Source: a candidate division FCPU426 bacterium (lineage in GTDB: Bacteria > Oederibacteriota > Muellerivitia > Muellerivitales > Muellerivitaceae). From it: a stretch of 64,000 nucleotides of DNA. The stretch is from assembly GCA_963719085.1 (NCBI GenBank), contig CAVRAL010000004.1, positions 1,184,001-1,248,000 on the forward strand. Reading direction: 5' to 3'. The notes beneath the pieces were generated by a model. That model was not told the DNA's origin. It saw only the letters and a program-made list of their open reading frames with translations, and made no database searches. The translations under genes were made by a program, and so were the position numbers. Of the stretch, positions 39,398 to 48,048 are shown in pieces (position 1 is the stretch's first letter; each line of letters begins with the position of its first letter).

Positions 39398-41557
39398 ATG
39401 AAGGTTCGAGGATTCAGGATGGGCGTGACGCTGGTTTTGGCCGGCGCGCTTTGTTTAGGGTCGGTTCAGGCGCAGGACGCCGCTCCGGCGGCCGCGGCCA
39501 ACGGCGGTCATGATTTGACGGCGGTCAGTTTAGAAAGCCTGATGGGCTTGAACGTGGTGGTCACTTCGGCGTCCAAAAAAGCCGAGTCTTTGCGGGACGC
39601 GACCTCCGCTATTTTCGTCATCACCCAGGACGACATCCGCCACAGCGGGTTCAAGACCATTCCGGACCTTTTGTCCATGGTGCCCGGGGTGCAGGTGGCG
39701 CGGCAATCGGGGGATGAGTGGGCCGTGAGCGCGCGCGGGTTCAACAGCAATTACAACAACAAGATGCTGGTGCTGGTGGACGGACGCAGCGTGTACGATC
39801 CGGTTTTGGGCGGCGTCAACTGGGACGAGCAGGGCGTGATCCTGGAAGACATCGACCATATCGAGGTCATCCGCGGACCCGGCGGGACCCTCTGGGGATC
39901 CAACGCGGTCAACGGCGTCATCAACATCATCACCAAGGACGCCAAACTGACCCAGGGCCTTTATGTCTCGGCCCTGGGCGGCGCCAATCTTTATAAAAAC
40001 GGCGTCTCCTCCCCGACGGCCCTGAACGGCCAAGGCGAGGCGCGCTACGGCGGCCAATTGGGCGGCGACCTTTATTACCGGGTCTACGGCAAAGCCGATA
40101 ACCAGAACCCCTTCGAGAACCCGGATCAGGGAACCGCGGAACAGGCGCTGAACGGCCCCTGGCATGACGGTTCCTACGATTTCCAGGCGGGTTTCCGCGG
40201 CGACCTGCACCAGGACAGCGACCAATGGACCTTCGAGGGCGCGGCCGAGCAAGGTCATTTCGACTATACCCGGTTGAACACGACCGCCAGCCCTATTTTC
40301 GATCCGATCACCTTCACCAATGTCAACGACATCAACACCGACATCGACCAGAACGCCCATTTGCTGGCGGGCTGGACCAAGGATTTCAACGACGACTCCG
40401 AAATCCAGGCGCAAGGCTATTACGACTTCAACCACCTCACGACCTCCAACGACGATCGCTTAAGCGACGTGGGCCAGGCCGACCTCCAGTTCCAGCACCG
40501 GTTCCATTTGGGGGATGTCAACGAGATCACCTGGGGCGGCAGCTGGCACAACGACACGGTGCGGTTCGCCAATCCGTTGAACTGGTATTACGTCCCGCAA
40601 AACCAAACCGTCAACATCTACTCGGGATTCCTGCAGGACCGGTTGACCCTGGAACGGGACCGCTGGAGCCTGACGGTCGGCACCAAGCTGGAGAACAACC
40701 CCTACACGGGGAACGAGTGGCAGCCTTCCGCCCGATTGCTCTTCACCCCCAACGAGAAGGACAGCTTCTGGGGCGCGGTGTCGAAGGCGGTCCGCATTCC
40801 GACCCTCAGCGCGGAGACCGGTTATGTCTACCTGGCGGGAGTTCCGGCCGGTACTTTCGGCCCCGGCTCCCCGGCGGAAAACACCTATGGCGCCCTGGTC
40901 CCCAATCCGGACCTGAAGGCGGAAAACCTGGTGTCCTACGAATTGGGCTACCGCACGAACCCGACCAAGGAAACCTCGATCGACCTGGCTTCCTTCTATA
41001 ACCACTATGAGCAATTGATCAACATCCCGATCGTGCCGGGAAGCTTTTCCTCGCCCGCGGGCGGGGTCATCTCCGAGGGCGGCTACGGCTTGCCGGTTTT
41101 GCAGGAACAGAACACCGGCACGGGCGATATTTGGGGCTTGGAACTGAGCGCCACCTGGAACCCTTCGGCCCAATGGCGCGCGGCCTTGTCCTACAGCTAT
41201 CAGGACTATGACCAAGCCATGATCCAGGCTTCCAGCACCAATCTGGGGGGGCCGCCGCCGCACAACTTGGCGAGCCTGCGCTTGGCCTACACGCCGGTGA
41301 CGGGACTTTCCTTCAACGGGGAGATTTATTACACCGACGCGACTTTCTTGTACGACTTGAGCACGGACGACGGCAGCATCACGCCCGACTATGTGCGCCT
41401 CAACCTGGGCGCGGACTGGAAAGCCACCGACAACCTGGAACTGGCCTTGGAAGGCCTGGATTTGGAAGGGGCCCACTCGGAAACCCTGCAAGCCTACGGC
41501 ATCTCGCCGGTTCAAGTGGTGCCGAGCTTTTACGCCCAAGCCACGCTTCGCTACTAA
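39398..41557 (+). CDS. TonB-dependent outer membrane receptor
   Basis: Signal peptide, plug motifs LVLVDGRSVY and IDHIEVIRGPGGTLWGSNAVNGVINIITK, beta-barrel ending in Y. Confidence 0.93.
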   Translation: MKVRGFRMGVTLVLAGALCLGSVQAQDAAPAAAANGGHDLTAVSLESLMGLNVVVTSASKKAESLRDATSAIFVITQDDIRHSGFKTIPDLLSMVPGVQVARQSGDEWAVSARGFNSNYNNKMLVLVDGRSVYDPVLGGVNWDEQGVILEDIDHIEVIRGPGGTLWGSNAVNGVINIITKDAKLTQGLYVSALGGANLYKNGVSSPTALNGQGEARYGGQLGGDLYYRVYGKADNQNPFENPDQGTAEQALNGPWHDGSYDFQAGFRGDLHQDSDQWTFEGAAEQGHFDYTRLNTTASPIFDPITFTNVNDINTDIDQNAHLLAGWTKDFNDDSEIQAQGYYDFNHLTTSNDDRLSDVGQADLQFQHRFHLGDVNEITWGGSWHNDTVRFANPLNWYYVPQNQTVNIYSGFLQDRLTLERDRWSLTVGTKLENNPYTGNEWQPSARLLFTPNEKDSFWGAVSKAVRIPTLSAETGYVYLAGVPAGTFGPGSPAENTYGALVPNPDLKAENLVSYELGYRTNPTKETSIDLASFYNHYEQLINIPIVPGSFSSPAGGVISEGGYGLPVLQEQNTGTGDIWGLELSATWNPSAQWRAALSYSYQDYDQAMIQASSTNLGGPPPHNLASLRLAYTPVTGLSFNGEIYYTDATFLYDLSTDDGSITPDYVRLNLGADWKATDNLELALEGLDLEGAHSETLQAYGISPVQVVPSFYAQATLRY

Positions 41558-41581
41558 TGCCGAACGGTCAAGGAGACCTTT

Positions 41582-42133
41582 ATGAAAAAGTTTAAACGCG
41601 TTCTTCTTCTGAGCTTGATGGGCCTGGCCTGGCCGGTGTTCGGACAGGGAGTGTCCGAATACACGGTCAAGGCCGCCTATCTTTACAACTTCGCCCAGTT
41701 CGTGGACTGGCCCAAGGGCGCCTTCGGGGGCGACGCCGCCCCCCTGGTGATCGGCATCGTGGGCGACGACCCTTTCGGATCCTCGCTGGATGACGCCGTC
41801 AGCGGCAAAACCGCCGGCGGCCACCCGCTGTCGGTGAGGCGCCTGGGGGCTTTTGACCCGGCCAAAGCCGCGGGGCTGGGCCGCTGCCAGATGCTTTTTA
41901 TTTCTTACTCCGAAAAGGACCACCTGCGGGACATCCTGCAGGCCCTTTCGGGCGCGAAGACGCTCACGGTCTCGGAGATCGACCGGTTTCCCATGAAGGG
42001 CGGCATGATCCAGTTCGACCAAGTGGGCGACAAGATCACCCTGGACGTGAACCCCACGGCCGCCAAACACGCGGGGCTTTCCCTGCGCGCGCAGCTGCTT
42101 CAGGTTTCCAAAATACAAGACTCGGAGGAATAG
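41582..42133 (+). CDS. YfiR family (DUF4154) periplasmic protein
   Basis: Signal peptide, EYTVKAAYLYNFAQFVDWP, CQMLFIS, GGMIQF and GLSLRAQLL motifs. Confidence 0.9.
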   Translation: MKKFKRVLLLSLMGLAWPVFGQGVSEYTVKAAYLYNFAQFVDWPKGAFGGDAAPLVIGIVGDDPFGSSLDDAVSGKTAGGHPLSVRRLGAFDPAKAAGLGRCQMLFISYSEKDHLRDILQALSGAKTLTVSEIDRFPMKGGMIQFDQVGDKITLDVNPTAAKHAGLSLRAQLLQVSKIQDSEE

Positions 42134-42135
42134 CC

Positions 42136-43650
42136 ATGAGGTTCGTTCATTTCAAGGGATTTTCCCTCCGGGACAAAATCATCTGGATCACGGGACTCTC
42201 GACCACCGTCTCGCTTTTGCTGGCCTGCCTGGTGCTGGCCCTGAACGAGCGGATGTCGTACCCGAAAATTATGGCGGGACACTTGGGTGAGCTGGCCCAG
42301 GTGATCGGGGACAACAGCACGGCGGCCTTGAGCTTCAACGACGCCAAGACCGCGCAAACCTTGCTGGAGACCCTCAAGGGCAACCCCCATATCGTCTCGG
42401 CGCTGCTTTATGACGCGCAGGGAAAAATTTTCGCCCAGTATTCGCAAGACTCGGCCGCGCCCCTGCCGGTTTCGGCGGTCACCGCCCAGCCCCAGGGCTG
42501 GTCGCTTTCGGGCGGGTCGCTGGCGCTTTACCAGGACATCAACCTGGGCGGGCAAAAGGTCGGGACGGTGCGCCTGCAATCGGACCTCAAGGAAATGAGC
42601 GCCCGCATGGCCGCTTACAGCCTGGTGACCTTGGCGGTCTTGGTCTTGTCCGTCTTTGTTTCTTTCTTAACCTCCGCCACGCTTCAAAGGCAGGTGTCGG
42701 ACCCCTTAAGGACGGTCATTGAGGGGTTGAACGACAGCGCCCAGCAAATGACCGCCAGCTCCGGGCAAATTTCCACCGCCAGCCAACAGCTGGCCGAGGG
42801 AGCGTCGGAGTCGGCCAGCAGTTTGGAAGAAACCATCTCGTCCTTGGAAGAGATGGCTTCCATGACCCGGCAAAACGCCGAGAGCGCCGGACGGGCTAAA
42901 AGGCTGATGGAGGAGACCCAATCCACGGTCTCCCGGGGCAACCAATGCGTTTCGGAGACCCTCGGTGCGATGCAAGAAATGAACGACAGCGCCCAAAAGG
43001 TCGCCAAAATTTTGAAGACGATCGAGGAGATCGCCTTCCAAACCAACCTGTTATCCCTCAACGCGGCCGTGGAAGCGGCCCGCGCCGGGGAGCAGGGGAG
43101 GGGTTTCGCCGTGGTGGCCGAGGAAGTGAGGAGCCTGGCCCAGCGCAGCTCCGCCGCGGCCAAGGACACCGCCAATCTGATCGAGGAAAACGCCCGCCGC
43201 GCGGCCCAAGGCCTCAAGGTCAGCGACGAGGCGGGACGGGCCCTGACCCAAATCGTGGATCAGTCCAAGAAGGTGTCGGGCCTCATTGAGGAGATCGCGG
43301 TGGCCAGCGAGGAACAATCCCGGGGCATCCAAGAAATCAACGGCGCCGTGGCCCAGATGGACAAGGTCACCCAGCGCAACAGCGCCAATTCGGAGGAATT
43401 GTCCTCCTTCAGCGAGGAAATGTCGGGCCAATCCAAGGGGCTTAAAGAAATGGTCGGCGGACTATTGCAAGTCTTGAACGGCGTCAAAGCCGGCCTCGCG
43501 CCCGAGCCCTTCGCCGCGGCGCCGGCGCCGATAGCAAGTGTTCCGGCCAAACCAGCCGCCGCCCCGGCGTCGTCGCGCCGGGAAGCGCGCGTCAAGCGCG
43601 CCCCGGAGCGGGTGGTGGCCTTGAGCGCCGAGGAATTACGGAACTTTTAA
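42136..43650 (+). CDS. Methyl-accepting chemotaxis protein with a CHASE8 (YfiN-type) periplasmic domain
   Basis: Two TMs flank NSTAALSFNDAKTAQTLLETL..IVSALLYDAQGKIFAQY; hairpin [34 protein letters not shown]; tail ends ELRNF. Confidence 0.9.
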   Translation: MRFVHFKGFSLRDKIIWITGLSTTVSLLLACLVLALNERMSYPKIMAGHLGELAQVIGDNSTAALSFNDAKTAQTLLETLKGNPHIVSALLYDAQGKIFAQYSQDSAAPLPVSAVTAQPQGWSLSGGSLALYQDINLGGQKVGTVRLQSDLKEMSARMAAYSLVTLAVLVLSVFVSFLTSATLQRQVSDPLRTVIEGLNDSAQQMTASSGQISTASQQLAEGASESASSLEETISSLEEMASMTRQNAESAGRAKRLMEETQSTVSRGNQCVSETLGAMQEMNDSAQKVAKILKTIEEIAFQTNLLSLNAAVEAARAGEQGRGFAVVAEEVRSLAQRSSAAAKDTANLIEENARRAAQGLKVSDEAGRALTQIVDQSKKVSGLIEEIAVASEEQSRGIQEINGAVAQMDKVTQRNSANSEELSSFSEEMSGQSKGLKEMVGGLLQVLNGVKAGLAPEPFAAAPAPIASVPAKPAAAPASSRREARVKRAPERVVALSAEELRNF

Positions 43651-43663
43651 CCTGGAACAAAGA

Positions 43664-44173
43664 ATGGAGAAGGCAATGACCGATCAAAAGGGTGAGGACA
43701 AGTACCTGACCTTCGCCGTGGGCCGGGAAGAGTACGGCGTGGAAATCCTCAGGGTGAAAGAAATCGTCGGGCTCTTGGATATCACGGCGGTCCCCATGAC
43801 CACCACCCATATCCGGGGGGTCATCAACTTAAGGGGGAAGATCATCCCGGTCTTGGACCTGCGGCACAAGCTGGGGCTTCCGCCGGCCGCGAGCGCCAAG
43901 GAAAACTGCATCGTGATCGTTTCGGTTTCGGGCCGCCAGGGCGAGAGCCCGGTGGGCCTGTTGGTGGACAGCGTGAACGAGGTCTTTAAGGAGGCGGACG
44001 CGCAAAAAGAGCCCCTGCCCGAGGTGGGGGAAGGCAAGAGCCTGGATTTCGTGAAGGGGCTGGCCAAGGTCAAAGGGCGGCTGGTGATTTTGCTCGATGT
44101 GGAAAAAACCGTCCTGCGGGAAGAGCTCGAGGGCTTGGAAGAACTTGAAAATTTGGCGAAGGCGGGCCGGTAA
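43664..44173 (+). CDS. cheW: Chemotaxis coupling protein
   Basis: YLTF..EEYGV..GVINLRGKIIPVLDL..GLLVDSV. Confidence 0.95.
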   Translation: MEKAMTDQKGEDKYLTFAVGREEYGVEILRVKEIVGLLDITAVPMTTTHIRGVINLRGKIIPVLDLRHKLGLPPAASAKENCIVIVSVSGRQGESPVGLLVDSVNEVFKEADAQKEPLPEVGEGKSLDFVKGLAKVKGRLVILLDVEKTVLREELEGLEELENLAKAGR

Positions 44174-44175
44174 GG

Positions 44176-45012
44176 ATGGAAACCATGACAGTCAAGGAAA
44201 TGCGGTTGGCGGAGTTTGAGAAGCTGGCGCGGCTGGTCTATGAGCAAAGCGGCATCAAGCTGGAGCTTCCCAAACGGGATCTTTTACAGGCGCGCCTGCG
44301 CAAACGGCTGAAGGCCCTGGGCTTAAGCGGGTTTAAGGATTATTTAAAGTTCGTGGCCCAGGATTCGACCGGCGGGGAAGTCATCCAGATGATGGATTGC
44401 GTGACGACGAACAAGACCGAGTTTTTCAGGGAAGGGCGCCATTTCGAGCATTTGGCCGAACAAGCCTTGCCGGCTTTGCTTCAGCGCCCGGACCGCCGGG
44501 AAGAGCCCTTGCGGCTTTGGAGCGCGGCTTGTTCCACGGGCGAGGAAGTTTACAGCCTGGCCATGACCGCCCTGGAAAGGGTGGGCGGGACCCGGGTGGT
44601 GAAGGTTTTGGGCACCGACCTGTCCACCCAGGTCCTTCAAAAGGCCTTGGAAGGGCGCTATGACGCCGACAAAACCCGGGGCGTGCCGGAAGCCTGGCGG
44701 GTGAAGTATTTCATCCAAGAAGAAGCCGAGGGCCGGTGGGTCGACCGCGCCGGGCATCTGCTAAAGCGGGTGACGCGTTTTTCCCGGCTCAACTTGAACG
44801 GCGGGGATTACGCGTTCCGCGCGCCGTTTGACGTGATCTTTTGCCGCAACGTGATGATTTATTTTGACGCGGCCGTCCAGCAAAAGCTGGTGGACCGCTT
44901 GACGGGCTGTTTAAAGCGGGGCGGCTATCTTTATACCGGCCTCTCCGAAAGCCTGCTTCGGGTCAAGCATGGGCTCGTCAATATCGGACCGTCGATTTAT
45001 CAAAAACCATGA
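44176..45012 (+). CDS. cheR: Chemoreceptor methyltransferase
   Basis: TTNKTEFFRE, WSAACSTGEEVYS and FDVIFCRNVMIYFD motifs. Confidence 0.96.
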   Translation: METMTVKEMRLAEFEKLARLVYEQSGIKLELPKRDLLQARLRKRLKALGLSGFKDYLKFVAQDSTGGEVIQMMDCVTTNKTEFFREGRHFEHLAEQALPALLQRPDRREEPLRLWSAACSTGEEVYSLAMTALERVGGTRVVKVLGTDLSTQVLQKALEGRYDADKTRGVPEAWRVKYFIQEEAEGRWVDRAGHLLKRVTRFSRLNLNGGDYAFRAPFDVIFCRNVMIYFDAAVQQKLVDRLTGCLKRGGYLYTGLSESLLRVKHGLVNIGPSIYQKP

Positions 45013-45026
45013 AGCGGGAGATTTTA

Positions 45027-45512
45027 ATGACGACGGACCAGAAGGTCATCGTGGGCGTGGGCGACTATTGGGTGACGAATGACCGGGCCAAGACCCTGGT
45101 GACTTATTCGCTCGGGTCTTGCGTGGGCGTGACGGCTTTTGACCCCCAGGCGGGGGTCGGGGGGATTTTGCACTTTAAGCTTCCCCACTCCGAGCTCAAT
45201 CCCCGCATGGCGGCCGACAAGCCGGGGGTTTTTGGCGACACGGGATTGAAGGCTTTTTTGGAGGAGCTTTTCGGGCAGGGTGCCACCCGGCCCCAATTGG
45301 AAATCAAACTGGCGGGCGGGGCCCAGTCCCTGGGGACCGGTTCCTTCAATATCGGCCAGCGCAATTTGCTGCTCGCCCGGCGGTTTTTATGGATGAACGG
45401 CCTATTGGTTTCCCGCGAGGACACCGGCGGGCATGACTACCGCACCTTGCGTTTGGAAATGGCCACGGGGCGGGTTTTGCTGCAGGACCCGAGGGGCGCT
45501 TACGAGCTGTAA
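45027..45512 (+). CDS. cheD: Chemoreceptor glutamine deamidase
   Basis: TYSLGSCVGV..GILHFKLP, KLAGGA and IGQRN motifs. Confidence 0.93.
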   Translation: MTTDQKVIVGVGDYWVTNDRAKTLVTYSLGSCVGVTAFDPQAGVGGILHFKLPHSELNPRMAADKPGVFGDTGLKAFLEELFGQGATRPQLEIKLAGGAQSLGTGSFNIGQRNLLLARRFLWMNGLLVSREDTGGHDYRTLRLEMATGRVLLQDPRGAYEL

Positions 45513-45666
45513 CAGAAGGGTGAGAAAGTCCCGAAACCGGACTTTCTCATATTAGCCAACGAGCCGCGAGGCGAAATGAGGCGGCGCGTTTTAGCCCGGG
45601 GCTGTTTCGGGGCGGTTTCAAGATTTTTCGGGCGCCCCGTGATTTTTTAAAAATGAGGAGGATGGA

Positions 45667-46062
45667 ATGGCTTTTAATTTCTTGATCGTGGATGACTCGA
45701 CGACCAGCCGGGGCATCATCAAAAAAACGCTGAAACTGACCCGGCTGCCCCTGGGCGATATTTGGGAAGCGGCCAACGGCCGGGAAGGCCTGGACCAGAT
45801 GCGCTCCAACTGGGTGGACCTGGTTTTGGCGGACCTGAACATGCCCGACATGACGGGCCAGGAAATGATCGAGGCCATGGGCCAAGATCCCCTGCTTTCC
45901 AAGCTGCAAGTGGTGGTGGTGAGCTCGGAAGGGAACCAAGCGGTGCTGGACTCGCTCTTTAAAAAAGGAGTCCGGCAGGTGGTGCGCAAGCCCTTCGAGC
46001 CGGCCTTGCTTCGGGACGTGATTGAGAAGGCGCTCCAAATTAAATCCGAGAGCCAAGACTAA
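45667..46062 (+). CDS. cheY: CheY-like single-domain response regulator
   Basis: IVDDS..LADLNMPDMTG..VSS..KPF. Confidence 0.85.
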   Translation: MAFNFLIVDDSTTSRGIIKKTLKLTRLPLGDIWEAANGREGLDQMRSNWVDLVLADLNMPDMTGQEMIEAMGQDPLLSKLQVVVVSSEGNQAVLDSLFKKGVRQVVRKPFEPALLRDVIEKALQIKSESQD

Positions 46063-46075
46063 AAAGGGGGAGAGG

Positions 46076-46846
46076 ATGACGAACACACAGCTCAAAAACG
46101 TGCTTTTGATCGACGGGGCCGCGATGTCCCGGAAACTTTTGGCGGTACGCCTGCAGTCCATCGACTTGAACCCGGTGGAAGCCGCCAACGCGGCGGAGCT
46201 TCACAAGTTGACCGGACCCGGCCGTTCGTTTGATTTGGTCGTGACCGAGCAGACTTTGGAGGGAATGGAAAGGCCGGAGTTGCTTCAGAAATTAAGGGAC
46301 TTGGGATGCCCCGTCCTTATCTTTACCGACCAACCGGTGACCGAGGCCCAAGAAAAGCCTTCTTATATAAGGGGAGTCTTTCACAAGAGCCAGCGCAATG
46401 ACCTGCTGAAGGCCGTGGTGGTGGCCCTGGGCGCTGTGCCCGCCCGTGAAATGAAGGAAGTGGAACGCCATATCCTGGTGATCGAGGATTCGCCCACCAT
46501 CCGCAATTTCCTGCGGCGCATTTTAGAGAAAAGTTTCCCCGGCAGCGTGATCCGGGAAGCCTCCGACGGACGGGAAGCCCTGTCCGAGATGTCGAATAAA
46601 AAGGTCGATTTTATCCTCACGGACCTTCAGATGCCGGGCATGGACGGCCACGCTTTTTTAAAGATGCTGCATTCCAATCCCATCCTCAAGCACAAGCCCG
46701 TGGTGGTGCTGTCCTCTTCCATCACGTCCGAACTGCGCGAGCAGGTGAAAGGCTTTGAGAAGGTGCGGCTTTTGGCCAAGCCCTCCTCGGCCGAGGAAAT
46801 TTCAAAAACCCTGGGCGAACTGATGGTCTTGTCGACGGCGGTTTAA
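46076..46846 (+). CDS. Tandem receiver protein (degenerate REC plus canonical REC)
   Basis: First domain LIDG..VVTEQ has Glu at the phospho-Asp position; second has VIEDS..LTDLQMPGMDG..KP. Confidence 0.8.
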   Translation: MTNTQLKNVLLIDGAAMSRKLLAVRLQSIDLNPVEAANAAELHKLTGPGRSFDLVVTEQTLEGMERPELLQKLRDLGCPVLIFTDQPVTEAQEKPSYIRGVFHKSQRNDLLKAVVVALGAVPAREMKEVERHILVIEDSPTIRNFLRRILEKSFPGSVIREASDGREALSEMSNKKVDFILTDLQMPGMDGHAFLKMLHSNPILKHKPVVVLSSSITSELREQVKGFEKVRLLAKPSSAEEISKTLGELMVLSTAV

Positions 46847-46866
46847 CCCTGGTTTTTTTAAAAGGC

Positions 46867-47445
46867 TTATAAAATGTAAAAAACCAGGCCGGCTTCCAGC
46901 GGCATGAAAACCGCCGGATTGGTGGTGCCGCCGCTGGAAATATTTTTGGAGATAAAGTCCACGTCTAACCGGCCTTGGGCGAAAAGGGCCGCGTTCGGAA
47001 AGGCCCGCCAAAGCACGCCCGCGCCCGGCGCCATCAACAGATCGGTCTGGGTCGTTGAAACAGTCGATACCTTCAGGGTATTGAAAGCCGCGCCGAACCC
47101 GAAGAAAACATAAGGTCTTAAATCCTCGCCGCCGAGGGTGATCTTGGTGACTTCCATCAAAGGCACGTAGGAAAAGTCATCTCCCGAAGGGGCGCTTTGA
47201 AGGTTGAATTGGTAATAGCCCGTCAGGATGCCTTCACTGAGATTGGGCGTAATCCGGTAGCTGATCCCTAAGTCGCCGCCGAAGCCGACTTGGTAGGCTT
47301 TGGACGCGTCGCCGCTGGAAGGGATGGCCACCGAACCGCCGATCTGTTCCACCCAATGCTCATCCGGGCCCAGGGTCGCCTGAGCGAAACTGAGGCCGCC
47401 CGAAAGCCAAGCCAGCGTCAAAGCCAATAAGCCTAATTTTTTCAT
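46867..47445 (-). CDS. Small outer membrane beta-barrel protein
   Basis: Signal peptide, RPYVFFGFG motif, ~8 amphipathic strands. Confidence 0.75.
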   Translation of the reverse strand: MKKLGLLALTLAWLSGGLSFAQATLGPDEHWVEQIGGSVAIPSSGDASKAYQVGFGGDLGISYRITPNLSEGILTGYYQFNLQSAPSGDDFSYVPLMEVTKITLGGEDLRPYVFFGFGAAFNTLKVSTVSTTQTDLLMAPGAGVLWRAFPNAALFAQGRLDVDFISKNISSGGTTNPAVFMPLEAGLVFYIL

Positions 47446-47655
47446 GATCGGCTCCTTAATGAGTATTGCGTCTTGGTGGTTATCTTCCCATAGTCTAAGC
47501 GGCTCCATTATGACGCCGGTCACCATGGGTTTGATAGGGAGGGCGTGGATAAAATTTGGGTCGTTTTTTCCCTTCTGGGTAAAAGGCGGCGGGGGCGCCG
47601 GTCCCCGCTTTACCCGGAATCCCTTGAAAACCCTTTAAAAAAACCGAAGGCCGGT

Positions 47656-47671
47656 TGGTACGATCCATGCT
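47656..47671 (+). promoter_or_regulatory. Sigma54-like (-24/-12) promoter
   Basis: TGGTAC-GATCC-ATGCT, exact GG-N10-GC spacing, ~41 nt before ATG 47712. Confidence 0.6.
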
Positions 47672-47711
47672 TTACAACACCTGTCGTTAAATAAACCGGA
47701 GGTTGAATAGC

Positions 47712-48044
47712 ATGATCCCCAACCAGCTGAAATCCTGCGTGGAGCTCGAGAAGGAACTTTTCCGTTTGAAGGAACATTTTGAGTACTTCAAGGACTCCGA
47801 GCCTAAAGAACTGTTGGATTGGGCCCTTTATTTCCAAAAGTGGGGCAAAAGGGTTTCCAACCAAGGATTGAGCTGGGTGCGGCCCTATTTGGAATTGGCC
47901 AACCTGATGGTGAGCAGCCTGAGCGGCCGCCGGGCGCCGGCGGGGGCCTTTGACTTGATGCTGCGGGCCATGCGGGGAGCGCAACGGGATATGCAGAGGG
48001 AAATCGACCAGCTGCAACACGAAAAGATCGCGGTGGGCTTCTAA
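47712..48044 (+). CDS. Unknown small helical protein, paralog 2
   Basis: GGAGG Shine-Dalgarno; homologous to the 30096..30416 product (shared FQKW.K..SNQG.SW.R). Confidence 0.85.
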   Translation: MIPNQLKSCVELEKELFRLKEHFEYFKDSEPKELLDWALYFQKWGKRVSNQGLSWVRPYLELANLMVSSLSGRRAPAGAFDLMLRAMRGAQRDMQREIDQLQHEKIAVGF

Positions 48045-48048
48045 ATCC

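Noticed and set aside
40460..42118. 552-aa minus-strand ORF, and similar long antisense ORFs at 32578..33813, 49783..50757, 51481..52908 and 56214..57338
   Set aside because: They fully overlap well-supported plus-strand genes and are the shadow frames expected from GC-rich codon bias; they carry no recognisable motifs.
45513..45666. c-di-GMP riboswitch upstream of cheY
   Set aside because: Hairpins are present (GAGAAAGTCC..GGACTTTCTC), but I could not match the class I or class II consensus.
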